Of a stretch of DNA of 64,000 nucleotides, positions 27,701 to 41,300 are shown one piece after another. The translations under genes and the position numbers were made by a program. The notes beneath the pieces were generated by a model. The model was not told the DNA's origin. It ran no database searches and was given only the letters and a program-made list of their open reading frames with translations. Positions within the stretch are counted from its first letter, which is position 1, and each line of letters starts with the position of its first letter. Source of the DNA: Acanthaster planci (lineage: Eukaryota); the NCBI RefSeq assembly GCF_001949145.1, contig NW_019091355.1:4103374-4167373 (forward strand), read 5' to 3'.

Positions 27701-30700
27701 TCGCATAGCAGTTGATTGCTTTCATAAAATATGGGTCTTTGATTCGAAGTCTTCCATTGGCATATACATGTACAGTAGATATCTGAAATCACGTATTAAA
27801 ATGATCAATACACAAGAATTGCATTCAAGTTATGGGCTAATTTCAGTTTCCATCACAAAAAAACATGTATCAAAAAAATAAAGGCGCACATGTACATACA
27901 TCTACATGTACATGTACTTCATGTGCAACATATTAAACCTATCTTATACGGTTCGCCATTATTCAGTCATATAAAACAGAACTGCATAAATTACAGAGCG
28001 ATAAATGTGAGTGATGTACATATAGTGGTAGTGTCTGCCTGTTAACTACAGTGTACACCTTTGAAATGTGCAAACTTCACTGTGCACTTCATCTCTCACG
28101 GCAGCAAAGCATGTAGCCTACAGTGGCTTCAAGCCCTGCTCTGGTCCGTGGCTGAACAAACCGAATAGCAGGCTGAGCAGATCTGCAATCTAGCTAATAA
28201 GCTCCCCGCGGCCATGTTTCCTTTTCCTTGATTGCAGTGAGTCCCAGCAGAATACATGCTTGCGCAAAAACATAAGAGGTCGCTCAATCCCTGCTAAATG
28301 GCAATGCTTTGAGCACGGACCTTTTCATTATCACAGGCTGAACAACCAACCATCTCCATGGATTGTGTTCCCATGGTAACCTTTTGTAAACAACAGCACG
28401 TACATGTATGCAGCCCAGCAAAAGGCCTTTGCATCTGGGGAAATGAGGTGCCAAACTCAATGTTTCTTAATTTCAGCCAACCAACGAAGACTGCAGACAA
28501 GACACTCTTTTAACGAGCAGCAAAATAACGACTTCCAAGAGTGTACCTTCACAAAGCATTGTGATACCAAAACATTTCACTCCAAGGCCGAGGTATTTTG
28601 GTTGTACTTTGATAAACGTCGTGCTCCGTTGTGTGAAATCCAAAAACTAACCATTATCACATACAGGAAACTAATGAGAAGTTCCTTCACTTTCGAATGG
28701 GTATCTATAAAACACATACATGCATTTCTGTTCTGTACCTGCTACAGTAACCATCCAATTTGTAATTTGAACTGCGTAAGCATCTCATATTGATGACATT
28801 TCCGTGCATGATAGCCATCAATCACAGTTTGTTTGGATTCCGCCTGACAATACAGAAGCTGGAGACTGTTTCTCAATTTCACTGCCATAATACTAGCATC
28901 AAGATAAGAGCTGATACCTAACTGCGACATGAAACTCATTTTTGGAATTGTTACAAGCATTGCTTTGCAAGTCTGACATGTGCATGGGTGTGGGGTGGTT
29001 TAGCATTCAGGAACGGAATGCTGAAACACTTTGTGCTCCGGAACAGTGAACACACAAAATAAAGAAAATGAAAAACGGTCTAATGAAAGTGCAATCCTGA
29101 AAGTACCATTCCGTAATTGGCGATTTGGTCTCTGTTGGATGTGGTTGAAATTAAAAAAAAACAAACCATCAACAAGCCCGTAATGTCAAGTTTCTCTTTC
29201 TTAACTTTTAACTCTTTAAATCACAGTATGGGGGAGGGGTCACTCCTCTACAACTTATCATGAGTAAGGTTTCCCAGATTTATCAACGGTAATGTTCACT
29301 GGCAGGGAACTAAATTTCTTCCCAACAACAGGGGATTGTGCAACGTCTGACATTAAAAGAGAATTCCGGATGTGATCTAAGCCACTCAGAGGGTCAATGT
29401 TTAGGGAGTAAGATCATCCATCATCTTCTGTTCATGCAATTTTTTTCCCCATGGGTGACAGTGGAACAAGTATCTTTTGCTCAGATCAGGCACATCTGTG
29501 ACTATATATATGCCGCAGCGAGAAGGGGGAAGTACAACACAGCCAGGGCATACCGATCAATGAAACACACCCAGGATTTGTCACTATAAGGGGCTCACAT
29601 CAATATTGCCTGAAAACTGACACATCAGTGCACAACGTCTTGCACACTTGGACTGTAAACTTCATGAGAGGGATGACATGGCTGCAGGCTGCAAAATTTA
29701 CCTCCTGAAACAGATGGCACGATGTACATCACTGTGATGCTTGTCTTATCCAAAATCTGCGGAGAGCGTTCATTTGCTATGGTTGGAGTCCAGGCCTAAT
29801 GATACGACAGTTAGGAATTATAGATACGGATAACTCTAGGGGAGCTTTTTACAACGCTATAAAGTCCCTTAGGATGTGCTTGCTTGATTGAGTACGTCTG
29901 GCATGAAATACCAAAGTGCTTTTGCAACATTGCCACATACATGTAGCATATATTCATGTTGATGCCAAGTGCAGGGCATCAACAGTGGTCGATTGTGGTC
30001 CCACCGTTTTATGAGGAGGTACTTATACACAAAACGAATGGGCGTAGATGTACTGGCAGTTCAATTTTTCTACCACCATCTTGGGTAGGCCACTCATGGA
30101 AGGTTATTAGGGGTATTTGAACAAACATAATTTTTGATAGGGGACAACCAATTCAGCCAGGATGTGGTGATTATTAAGAAGGCCGTATTGTCAACATTAA
30201 CTCCACAAATCAAACCTTACTCGCATTCCTCTCTTGCAGTGTGAATACCAAACCATACTTAATCACTCTGTGTAACCATAAAATCTGATTTCTGCCGCCT
30301 GGTAACAGCACCGGTGAATATTGTGATGACCAATCATTTCCAGCAAATCATATTGATTTTAAGGCAGTGAATACCAATGAGTACACTTCGAGTGCTACTT
30401 CAGTTCAAGGCTTCAAACGCTGCCCCTACATTAAGCAGATGCACGTGGTGGAGTTTTCAGTGGCGGCCTTCAGTGGGCAAGAAAGCTGCGGAAGGGAAAA
30501 TGAATCCGGAAGACTAACGGTGAAAAAAAAAAAGAAACAACTATCTATCTGCACTGGTGCCTTGTCAGGAACACTGCAAACATTTCACCTGGGGCATGAT
30601 AAACCATCACATGTACCTGCACATGTTCTGCACAATCCACTTTGAGTTCAACAATTTCCTTACTCAGGAGACCTTTTTAAAATTTAATTTGTTATGGCCA

Positions 30701-32043
30701 ACATTTCCTTGTTGAGGAGAATAACCATATTTTTGGAGCATCATGAAGCAGATACTGGTGCATAATAAATTTTCTGTATTACAAATATTATTTGATCAGG
30801 AACCCCCCCAAATTCCAGTTGGTAATCAAGATATCACGTGTAAGTCTAACTCCATAGCTAGGGTAGAAAGCTATGAATAACCCAATAAGGCCATCGCTGC
30901 ACTCCTATTGTTTCTATTGTTGTTTTGAATCTACTGGCAAATGCTCTGTGAGGATACCGTTAAATTCACAATCCTGCTGTGTGATTGTTATTTGTAGGTT
31001 GTCAATTTTGGCACCGTCTTTGTGGCATCCAAAGTATTCTTAGTAGATCAAATTTTGTGTTTTATGTTCGTTGAATTTCTTTCTTGAGGTAAAGATGAAA
31101 GGTGATTTCAACATGATTTATTAAAGTCAATAAAACTTCAAACCCTGCACCGAAGTATCGACAAATTGGTACAGTTCTTATTGCTCAGTCCAGCCAAATA
31201 TGAATGTAATTCACTGTAACACAGTTCTGGATGGTTTTGACCAAAGTCCATGTTTCAATATTAGTTGAACAGGGGCTAATGTCACAAATAGCACCAGTTG
31301 ATATACAAGCTCGGCATAATTCATGCTTTTCAATTTGGTAGCACATTTAAATAGGTATGAAAACACACTTATATGCATACCAATCATAAAGTTCTTCTGA
31401 CATTTTTCATAATCTCATTGGTTTCTGATTCACATAGCCATGTAAAATAATCATATGGGTGCAGACATTTTGAGCATTTTTCAAATCAATTACTTCAAAA
31501 GAACAAACTATGCTCACAAAAATCTACATGAATAATTTTTAATTTTACTGTTTGGCATATTTGGTGAAAATATTGAAAGCAGCTTTAATATCATGCATCA
31601 ACTCATTCACTGGGGGTTTTAAAGACCGGTTCACTGTTTTTTACTGGGAAAACCAAAACAAACATTTCCCACAATGCACTAATGAAATGCAACTCCAATA
31701 GTTTTGTATGGACACAGGACAGCATATCTCATAAACTGAATAGATCAAGGGAATTGCATTCCCAAAATATAAAGTTGCCTCAGCATGATGAATTCTTCCT
31801 CCCCGAGTAATAAAAAAAATGAAGTCCCCAGTACCAACGTGTCTGCAACAAATAATGTGATTTACCGCTCGAAATACTGAAGTGCATACTTAGGAATGTT
31901 TGGAATAATTCAATGGTCTCGCGCCAATTTACGAGTGTGCTGTCTTCATGAGATAGCACGCATGCAGGGCAACAGACGCGCAAATGCGCGCCACACAACA
32001 CGTGCTTTGAAAGGGTCCACTACATTAACACCTGAGCACTTAC

Positions 32044-32327
32044 TGTTGCGGTTTCCTGTAACACTTGAGATTTCCCATGGCGGTTTCCTGAATTTCGTGG
32101 GCACTCTCTGCGGAGATACCAAGCCTTTTTTGCCGAGTCCTCTGCATGGCCTGTTTTGTGACCGGCCTGAGAACCGAGCGGTACTTGTCGAGTTCATTGT
32201 GGAGCCGCTGAATGAGGGAATCTTTCTCGTCCAGTTCCAGCTCCAACTCGTCGATGAGATCGTCCCTCTGACGCAACTCTTCGATTTTCTCCTGCAACGC
32301 GAACTGCAGGTCCCGCAAAGTGGCCAT
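32044..32327 (-). CDS. PRKG1: cGMP-dependent protein kinase I, coding exon 1 (I-beta-type leucine zipper and autoinhibitory region)
   Basis: ATG at 32327 in a good Kozak context (ACGATGG). Translates [55 protein letters not shown]...[11 protein letters not shown]...YRKPQ, nearly identical to the vertebrate PKG I-beta N-terminus as I recall it ([36 protein letters not shown]). Donor CA|GTAAGT at 32044/32043, phase 2; 284 nt. Confidence 0.95.
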
Positions 32328-34000
32328 CGTGATGCTTGCTGCAGCGCCGCTAGAGCCCAGCAATAACTCTCCAATCAGCCCCCTGCCAACTTTCATTGGG
32401 GCCAATTTTTGGCCTTCGGGCGGGCCCCGGTCAAAGAATGTTGTCGAGCCAGAAACGCATGTAATGCCAGCCGACAGAACTCAAACGGCCCTTCAGCCCT
32501 GACGATGTCTAGTCGATTTATACCAGTGTATCCGTTGGAATATGATGACCAACCAGCCGGCACAACATGTCGCGTGCGTGTGTGTACGGCGATACACCAA
32601 AAACACCCCCAACGTATCTCGCGCCCAAACCTGCAACTATCCCGTCTCCTCCGCTTTCATCGCTAAATTCCCCCCACTTTCATTCGATTAGCTGGCATGC
32701 ACACACACTCACATACCGGACGACGATGTTCAAGATCAAGTTTACGCGGAAATGCTTCACATTATCAAGTAGGCATGAGTTCCAGTTTCCGGTCCATTTG
32801 TATGCGAGTCAACGACGAGGAAAATACGCAAGGGGGCGAAAAGAACACTGTCTCACTGGAGAGGCCCTACAATTACGACACGTACTCGGCTACTGACTGC
32901 TGTTGTGAAGCAAGTTGGCTCCTCTGTGCAACAACCTCGCTCCGTTGTCTTCTGCTTACATCACTGCATGCAGGCCGACAATGCACGTTGCGTTACGAGT
33001 TCACATGCTCGCCTCGCAGGCGGAGACAGAGAACCCCTCTTGGCAGCAGAATAAACTCGCACGACGATAGCCAAACAAGACTGTGCCGGCATTTTATCAG
33101 CCAAAACAAACGTCCAGATGGTCGAGGCTCGTTTTCGTCACATGGCATTAAAGGCTTTGGCGTATTTGATTTCCACTTCTTGGCTCCGTTGTCACGTTAC
33201 ACAAGAGCATCTTTTTGGCGTCACGATCTGTCCGTATTCCAAAACGGGGAAACTGGCTATTGGATTAACACCGGGACTTTTTTTTTATTATTTATTTATA
33301 TAAATTGAGGACAAAATAGTGTCACAGGTAAGCTGAACCTGGCTCTTATAAGGTATGGGGTTATCCATCGCTCTTTTCAACAAGCCATGGGCTTTATGGT
33401 GTTTAATAAACCTGAACGGTTTATTTTTTTTTCTAGGGGACCTATTTGCACCAATGTGCTATCCAAACAAAGACGAAAGAGAACGTGAAAATGTTCGATG
33501 AATTACAGTTTAGGTTACTGGAGTCTGTCAACAGGACACCGAACAGACGTAACCACACGATCAGTGTCTGTTATGACCCGCTGGAACTGGAACAACTTGC
33601 ACGGGGAAAGTAGGGTATGCATAACGAGGCAGGAAAAGGGGGGCCAAACGACGGTGGCCGGCAAATCAATTTCTTTAACCGAGCAGGCCCATGGGCCTTG
33701 AGCTGGACCAAGAGAGGGCGCTAGTATCTTAGCACAGGAGGCTCCTTTGGTCGGAACTGAACTTCGCTGGTTCACGAACGCCTAGGAAATGCACGCGTCA
33801 CAGTCGCATTGCTACCAATAAATTTAACACTCCTGACCAACGCGGCTCTTTTCAACCGATGAGGGGGTGCTTCTGCTCGAGACGGATATACCTGGCTGCT
33901 GTTTGTGAACATGAATTATGTTATCAACTGAATTGTTCTTCCGATTAACGCACGGCACAGCCGCACTACAAAAACACAAGTTCCCATTCCACTGGTATAG
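32328..34000 (-). promoter_or_regulatory. Probable 5' UTR/promoter region of the PKG I-beta-type first exon (CpG-rich)
   Basis: Visibly CpG-dense compared with the introns and directly upstream of the ATG. Contains a TATA-like palindrome TTTATATAAA at 33295-33304. Boundaries and TSS cannot be determined from sequence alone. Confidence 0.5.
33708..33722 (+). promoter_or_regulatory. CTCF-like motif
   Basis: CCAAGAGAGGGCGCT fits the CTCF core pattern CCAnnAGRGGGCGCT. Confidence 0.45.
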
Positions 34001-34988
34001 GAAAATTCTATTGCTCGGTATTCACTTTTGAAATCAAAGATATGCAAGTAACTTTTTCAGGATTTACTCAGTCGTTGTATATGAAGCACTGTTCCACATT
34101 CGTGCAATGGAAAGAATACTCATGAGGTGACAAAGGTAACTTAACGGAACATGCCCTCCATTATTCCATAAATATTCCTAATTTTGGATTGCGTTAATCC
34201 AACAGTGAAAAACCTTTCTCGCTCATGCTTAGATGGCGCCTAACATTTGTTTAAGAGTTGACACTTCCGATACCTCACCAAATTCCATGTTTCCCACATG
34301 CTGTCACCTGTCTTCTAACGAGTTCGGAAAAGAAAAAAGGCGGTTAAAGACAGACGTGTTGCAGAGAAACTAAACTCATCAATCTTTTTATTTGTTGACT
34401 GTTGCAATCATTCCTGATTTCATATTTTGCCAATGCCAGACTGATATCGCACCTCGTCAAAACCCAGCTCCATTCATCGCGCGAGTCCTTGGCTGCAACA
34501 AATCAATCTCGACTAAACGCCGTTCGTTGTTAGACTGGCTCCCAAGACGCCCTTGGTGCTCCGTGATTTTAACCCTAAACACATTTTCCCTCGGGTTAAC
34601 TTTCCATGAGCTCCTCGTCCCTAAACCCTCAACTCTCATGTTTCACCTCCCGTGTTTTCAATAAACCCGGCTGTCGGCTTGATTTCGGCCACTTTTTAAT
34701 TAAACAATTCCATCTGATACCTTTCCCTCTCCCAGTGGATTTTTCGAGTGCACTTCGCGCTGTCGGAAATGGGTGTCTTTCTCGCACAATTCCTGCAATC
34801 AGTTTTCACCATGTGAGCTGAAAAGCGAGCAGTTTTGGAATTCTTGATTTGCCACTCTAGACCACTGAACAAACACGACCCTTTGCCGTGCCAAATTAAA
34901 GCAATATTATTTAGCGTTCGTTACGAAACCCGTAAATCTCTGAAAATTTCTCACTCTGGTAAGAACGTACAACACACTTGTATTCAGA

Positions 34989-35303
34989 AGTAAGCCTTTT
35001 GCGAACCTATTTTGAATAAAATCTGGTACACCGAGATCTTTAAATTTACGTGAAACGATTTGAATTATCCATATTAAAGACACTGTTGCTACATCTAATG
35101 ATTTGGGGCAAACTTTTGCTTAGTTACATAAAAGACGCCTCGCACCATTACACACTGTTTTCACTGGATAAGAAGGGCACAAAGGAACCGGTACATTCCT
35201 GAGATGGTGGTCGTTATGCAAAAGCTTGCCTTGAATCACGAGGTAGAGCAAGAGTGTCTCTAGTATGGGTATTTATTCAAATTTAACTCGCAAAAGGCTT
35301 ACT
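34989..35303. mobile_element. MITE family A, copy 2
   Basis: Perfect 16-bp inverted ends AGTAAGCCTTTTGCGA / TCGCAAAAGGCTTACT. Interior colinear with 12333-12692 (e.g. TTTGAATAAAATCTGGTACAC, TTAGTTACATA, GAATCACGAGGTA) in the same orientation. Confidence 0.85.
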
Positions 35304-38300
35304 GCATCCAGCGCTATTTCTTGTCCAATTTACAAACAGCCAAAGTATAACGGGAAAGAAACTTAAAGTTCATTAATGGATAGCAGTAAACGTATAAAAG
35401 TGGCATAAATGAAGATCTTTTATATTTTTTCTGTAATATTCTCAGGGTTTATCGCTAGGGTACAACGGACATGATGACAACAGAATGAGCACCAAATTGC
35501 ATTGACGTTTAAAGCATGGAAGAGGCGCGGATAGATCAATAGTAACCAGGTTAGCCTCTGGCTTGGTTTAACTACAGGCGGTAAATGGAGCCAGCTGAAG
35601 CTACATTAAGTCACTCATTAATCCAGTGTCAGTTTTTTGTCAAGAACCGTAAAACTGCTTAGGTTTCATCACTACATGCACCAAACATCACTTCGGATGA
35701 GGTTTTTTTTTTGGGGGGGGGTAAACAAAACACTAGCTGGTGCCGTAGTGGACAGGCGTTTTTTGACCGGGCCTGGGCTCTGAACTAAGTACATGTAAGT
35801 TACCAATCTTTCCCTGCATGAGTGAGATTCACCACTTCTTTCTCGTCGCAAATGCTCTCCTCGGGGATATCGATTTGCACAGAAAACGTTTACCACTACT
35901 GGACGTTATGACACATGGCAATTACATGTCTAACGTGCGTGACTGTACAGTCGCCAGGTCCCTTCTATCGCCACTTACAGTGAAAACCAATCAAATTTGA
36001 TAATAGGTGGCCAAAGCTGGGCCTGGCGAATATACGGTCACGCACGTTGCACACTCGTAATGCTATGCAGTGTATGGCACGCGCTGGATCCGCATTTTAA
36101 GCTTCGATTTCTCCATGTATCACGTGATCTCCTTCAACAGCGCCCTCTCCCGGTAAAATTGACATGGCCAAAACAGCAGCGTGTTTTGGTAACCCCGAAC
36201 CAGAAACATCTTTGCAATGTCAAAACAATAACCTGCAGGAACATGTATAGGGCATATAGACATCAGAAGAATGAGATTTATGGTTACGAACAACCAGAAA
36301 CGGTTACGTCATCTGACGGAGGCAAGTGCAAGGAAGCAGACGACACTGTTGATGAACATAATTTTCACACAATATTGAGCATGTTTCCCACCAGTGCTAC
36401 ACTCTCTTTTCACGTACGTTCTACAAGAAAGTATCTCTTTGATTCGCTGCATGAAACAACAAATTTGGAAGTGTATAATTCACTCATTTGAGAGGCGACA
36501 AAAATTGCCTGTATATTTTCCGCCATTTTGAACCGGCGCTGAATCAACTCCAACCTTCGGTTCTCGTTCGGTCGGAAAAGTGACGTCACAGCGGCATAAC
36601 CAAAACCGCTTAACCAATGACCAAAGCTGAAACATGTTCATGGTTCGGATCGCCAAAACACACCCCAGGCGAGGAGCACATTTCCCTTTGAAATTCGTTG
36701 GAATGATTAGCAAAACAACATAATATTGTGACAGAGAAAGATGTGGTAATTAATCCACATTAATAACGCTTCGGCTTGACAAAGTTGCTGGTGGAGATGC
36801 GGGTTTCGAACACATGGTGGTAAACAACAGACGTGTTATTGTAAATTGTGATGACACACGAGACCAAATACTGTCGCCAGTTACTAAGTGCATGACTGTA
36901 ACGTTTACTGCATACTCAGCTTCTACTGGCACAACAGAGGCCTTGAGATAAATGAAAATGCATTTTAGCCAGCCAATTTGGCGCCTGTAATTAGAGCCTG
37001 GTTCCTCAGACAGAAATGATAAAAAGGCCTCGGCAGAAATGTAACAGATCAACGTCCGGAGGAGCTTGTTGGTAAAAGGAATTCCGGCTATTCGACCAGG
37101 AGGCTATCTGGCTCTTATCACGGAGGATAAGCCAGCGAGAAAATTAAAAATAGGAAAAAAGTTGATAATCAGCTCACTCTAATTTAATACAAGGTAAACT
37201 TTGCACGTTGCAGCTTATAGTACCTATACAAGGTGAAAGCACAGAACAGTCGGTGGTCTGCTTCTAAAACTTGCCAGTGGTCGTAGCGTCGTTGCTTTGT
37301 CATGATCGATTACTGTCGTCACTACAGGAGCACAATTAACTATACGGTTAAATAAAATCGTCAGTACACTATTCGGTTATTGTTCAATAGCTTCACGGGA
37401 GACTGATAATAGGTGAGATTTATCTTTCTGGATACTCATATGAGATGGAACAATGAAATTACCAGCTGGTTGTTTACGGGAGAGTTTTTGGGTGGCGAAA
37501 AGATTTGATATTCAGTGCAAATGACTTTGTTCCTGAATTCACTGCTTAATTAATACAAACGTGGGCCCTTAAAGATTAATAAGCACTGCTTCTTGAGCTG
37601 ATCTCTAGTGAGATCCCATGCATTTAGCGCTCACCAAATTCAGGCACCGTTCTCTCTATATCGCCGTATATGCTTTGTAATACAAATTGTATTGCCTGTT
37701 ACCTTGGGTTTTTTATCAACTCGACACCAAGCATGAGACTATAGTGTTGTGTTACGGAGCGAGTAGACTCGGTAAGGCTGTGATAAGGAAACTACAGACA
37801 TAAAGGTCTGTTCCGTGCTAGCTTAGCTTGTAAATGTTTCCATTTGTACCAAAATGTACTCGCTTACGTTCAGAGTGTCTCTACAATGCACCTGTTTTTA
37901 ACTAAGACCTCCCAAATGCACCCTTGTGTCCAAGTTAACCTCGTTTTCAACTCTTGCTTCTCTAGTTAAGAGGGCATTGTGCTGCCTTTTCACTTTCTAT
38001 GCTAATGAAGTTCCATATTCATTAGAAAAATTGTGACTCCCGCCAAGAAAACCCCTCAATGTTACATTGGTTTGTGTTGAACAGAACGTTGATTACTTCA
38101 CAGATTCTGCTGGCCTGATTTCCTTTTTGTTGGTCATTCACTGATGCGTCAGTACACAGGCAAGCAAGGAACTCTTTCTCAGAAAGGTTTTCAGTGAGGC
38201 GATTCTGTGTTCACAAACTTCACGGAAAAACCTTCACTTTCATCTCACTTTCCCTGGATGACATCACAGCCTCCAGTACTGTTGTCAAGGAAAGCGTGGA

Positions 38301-41300
38301 CAATTTTGAATGAGAAAGTTTTACTTTCAATACGTTTAAACTAAAAGGGATGCCACATAGGTTCCGCACATTGCGGAAGAGTATACAGTGGCAGGAAAAT
38401 GAAATACGCCCACGAGAAAACCTCACTGCTGCCAACCCTGGGCTCCCAGTTTGAATTTATGTTGAAAAAGCCGCATGCGTACTTACTTTAGCCCAGCACT
38501 GCATTGCGTCATGAATGCTGCTGTCTGTGTTCTTTGTCTTTTGTTGTTTTTCTGTTGTCGTTTCCCCAAGGTGCGGGAAAGGATACCCTACGCCATATGC
38601 GTTAAAGGGGAACCCCCCCCCCCAATGTGACGCACAAGCTTTATACCCTAAGGCTATTGTGCCTATTAAACCCCCTCGGATGATGTAGGGGAGAAAAAAG
38701 CCTTACTCGCGGTCCTGACATCTTTTCTTTTATTTCGCAGTGTTTCTTTCTTCGGGTTTTGGTGCCAATATTGGGTAAATATACCGATCACTTTCTTTCC
38801 TACTCACCTATGAAATATTCTTTGTAAAGAAAAAAAATCCGTGGAGGGGGGAGGGAGTTCCCCCACCCCCTCGCTGGATACGCCACAGCACAGGCATATA
38901 CATAAATAGAATGAATTGTCAGTTCTCGAATTCATCTAGAACCTATCCGGCTTTAACGTGAATTTTTCGTGATGTCGGCCTGTAAATAAAAACTAGGAGT
39001 CAGACGCGCTAGATGCAATGCATCCGCAGCATTCTGCCATTAGGCGTACAGTAATCATGTGGAACACATTAGTCTAGACAATGTTGAAGTGCCTAATAAT
39101 ATTTGAACAAAAAAATTTATATTTGTTGAAGGCCGGCAAAGGTGCTTGAATTTTTTGCTTGAAGATTATAATAACAGCGAAGGGAAAGCCCCTTCTGCAG
39201 AACCTGGGCTTCCAATACAGTTCCTGTGATGGTGCTCATCACGAGTTAAAGAGCTCTCCAACATTAAACCTTGCACAATGAAATAACCCTGGCACGTAAG
39301 GGTGAAGATGTTACAAACAAACCATCAATCACTTTAGTGCAGGTGACCCGCATATCACCGTCATCATACACTATTGCTTTATTTGCTAAAAGCCAATTAA
39401 GCTTTGGCTCCACAAGAGAAAACGAGTATCTTATCCATCAATTCATCAGCAGGGCTGACTGGTTCACTGGCGGCGAGGGATGAGCAGGTTGCTCTGACGA
39501 GTGGTGCTGGCTATTACAGTGATGGTGTGGTAAAAAAAAATCCTACCCCCCCCTAAAAAACCCTCAGCATACAACTTTGCCAACCTAGATTTTCTGTGCA
39601 AGTTCATAGCAATTTTCTGCACGTCGTCCACTGCACTATGTTGAGGTAGTGTACATGTACATGTACATTATTGAGGCATGCGTGCATTGCGTTTTTGGAG
39701 AGTTAGGCCTACATATTAAGTTTGCTATAGTGTTCTTTCCTCATCTTTCCCATCAACGAACTGGGTCCATATCCCACCTAGGTCAGTATCTAGGTCATGC
39801 TCGAATCACATTTCCCAAGGCTTCCGAACCATGGATCATGTTCTGCTTTCAAAGAAAACGGGCATTGCACTGATCTGGACAACGGTGTTCAGATGAAGCT
39901 TAAATCAAGTTCTGCCTAGCTCTGTGGTTTCACCAAGCGCTAAAGCAGCAGTCAATCTGCCTTGACCGCTAATCCAGCACCATGCTCTCGCTGGATTTTT
40001 CGGGTCTAGAGACCGTAAATCAGGAAGTTGTCACCGACAGAGCCTTGAAGTCATTCAAAAATTTTGCCCTTGGCCCTGAAGGGTCTAGCCATATACAATT
40101 TTACTCTTTGTCAGTTTGAGGCACCCACTTGGCATCTCTACAGGCTAGGAGCACGGGAAGTGCGTTCGTTCACCTCAAACAACTTACCGGTCTGTGCGGC
40201 GAATAAAAGCTGAGGGATAAAGTTTCAAAACTGGTACTTTAAGAATGATTAGGAGAAGAGAAATGGATACTTTTCTTTTCCCTCCTAACTGAATTCCGAG
40301 GAAACCAGGGGGCAATTAGTTAATTTATGAAAAATCGAGAAATTTGTCCACACGGATCCAGGCTGTGGAACGACTAAGAGCTGGTGAGTGAACCCATGAC
40401 GAAGAGGCAATGGTACTGCGCACGCAGCTTAAACTTGAATATCATCTGCAAGTGTATAAATGTTTGTCTTAAAACGAGGGAAAAAATTTCCTTTCTTCAG
40501 CTCCGATCAAAACATAATATGCGCCCTCCACCACCATTTCCACAAGAAAGTCCTTGAAAGTTGCAGCAGATGTTGTCATCAAGCCATGGTGAACATTAAC
40601 TGATTTGGGGACCCCTCCCCCTAAGTTGTCTGGCTGTTTTCTAAATAAGACTCGTCTCATACATACCGACCATTAAGTTCAGAAAATTGTCTCTTTTTCA
40701 TTGCCTTCATTTTAGTGGGACTTTTAGAGCGTGCCTGAGGGTTCCCTGCGGACCACTTGGGAGTACTTCTTGCCATCTGTGACTGCCTCCGGGTAGGCAA
40801 TTGGCTTCAAGCTCATTTCACGCTCAGATAAATTTCATTATTGATGGCATCAAACCAAGAAAATCTTGCCGAGGCATTCTCTGATTTTTGAACAGGTTGT
40901 ATGGCATGCATCAGGTCCTACTCGTAAACAGTTTCACTTCCAACAGTTCCAGTTTATGCAATTTATGTGCAGCCATCTCTTTATTATGTTTACCGGGGAA
41001 GCAACTCAGCGCTGATGACGAATTTCTTTCCAAAACTTGAGAGCGTAATTTACTGAAGTGATAAATGACAAATATTCGTACAGAGAGGACTAGTTCCACT
41101 ACTAACTTTACTCTGAACTTCAAATGAGACTGATTCATAATGTTTTGTGTGCACAAAAGCATGCATATCTGTACAACTGTTGTGAGCCTTACAAGATGTT
41201 GTTATGTTGTGAAACTCCCGGAGTGAATGTCCTTTCATGCAGTGTTTGGAGCAGCCGGGGATAAACTGAAAATGCAACACCTCTTGACTGCAGTCAAACC

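Noticed and set aside
31896..32374. Overlapping ORFs 31896-32366 (+) and 31946-32374 (-)
   Set aside because: Shadow frames of the real PKG exon 1.
32697..33308. Longest ORF in the track (203 aa, + strand)
   Set aside because: No recognisable domain and Arg/Ser/Cys-rich composition; explained by the GC/CpG-rich promoter sequence antisense to PKG.
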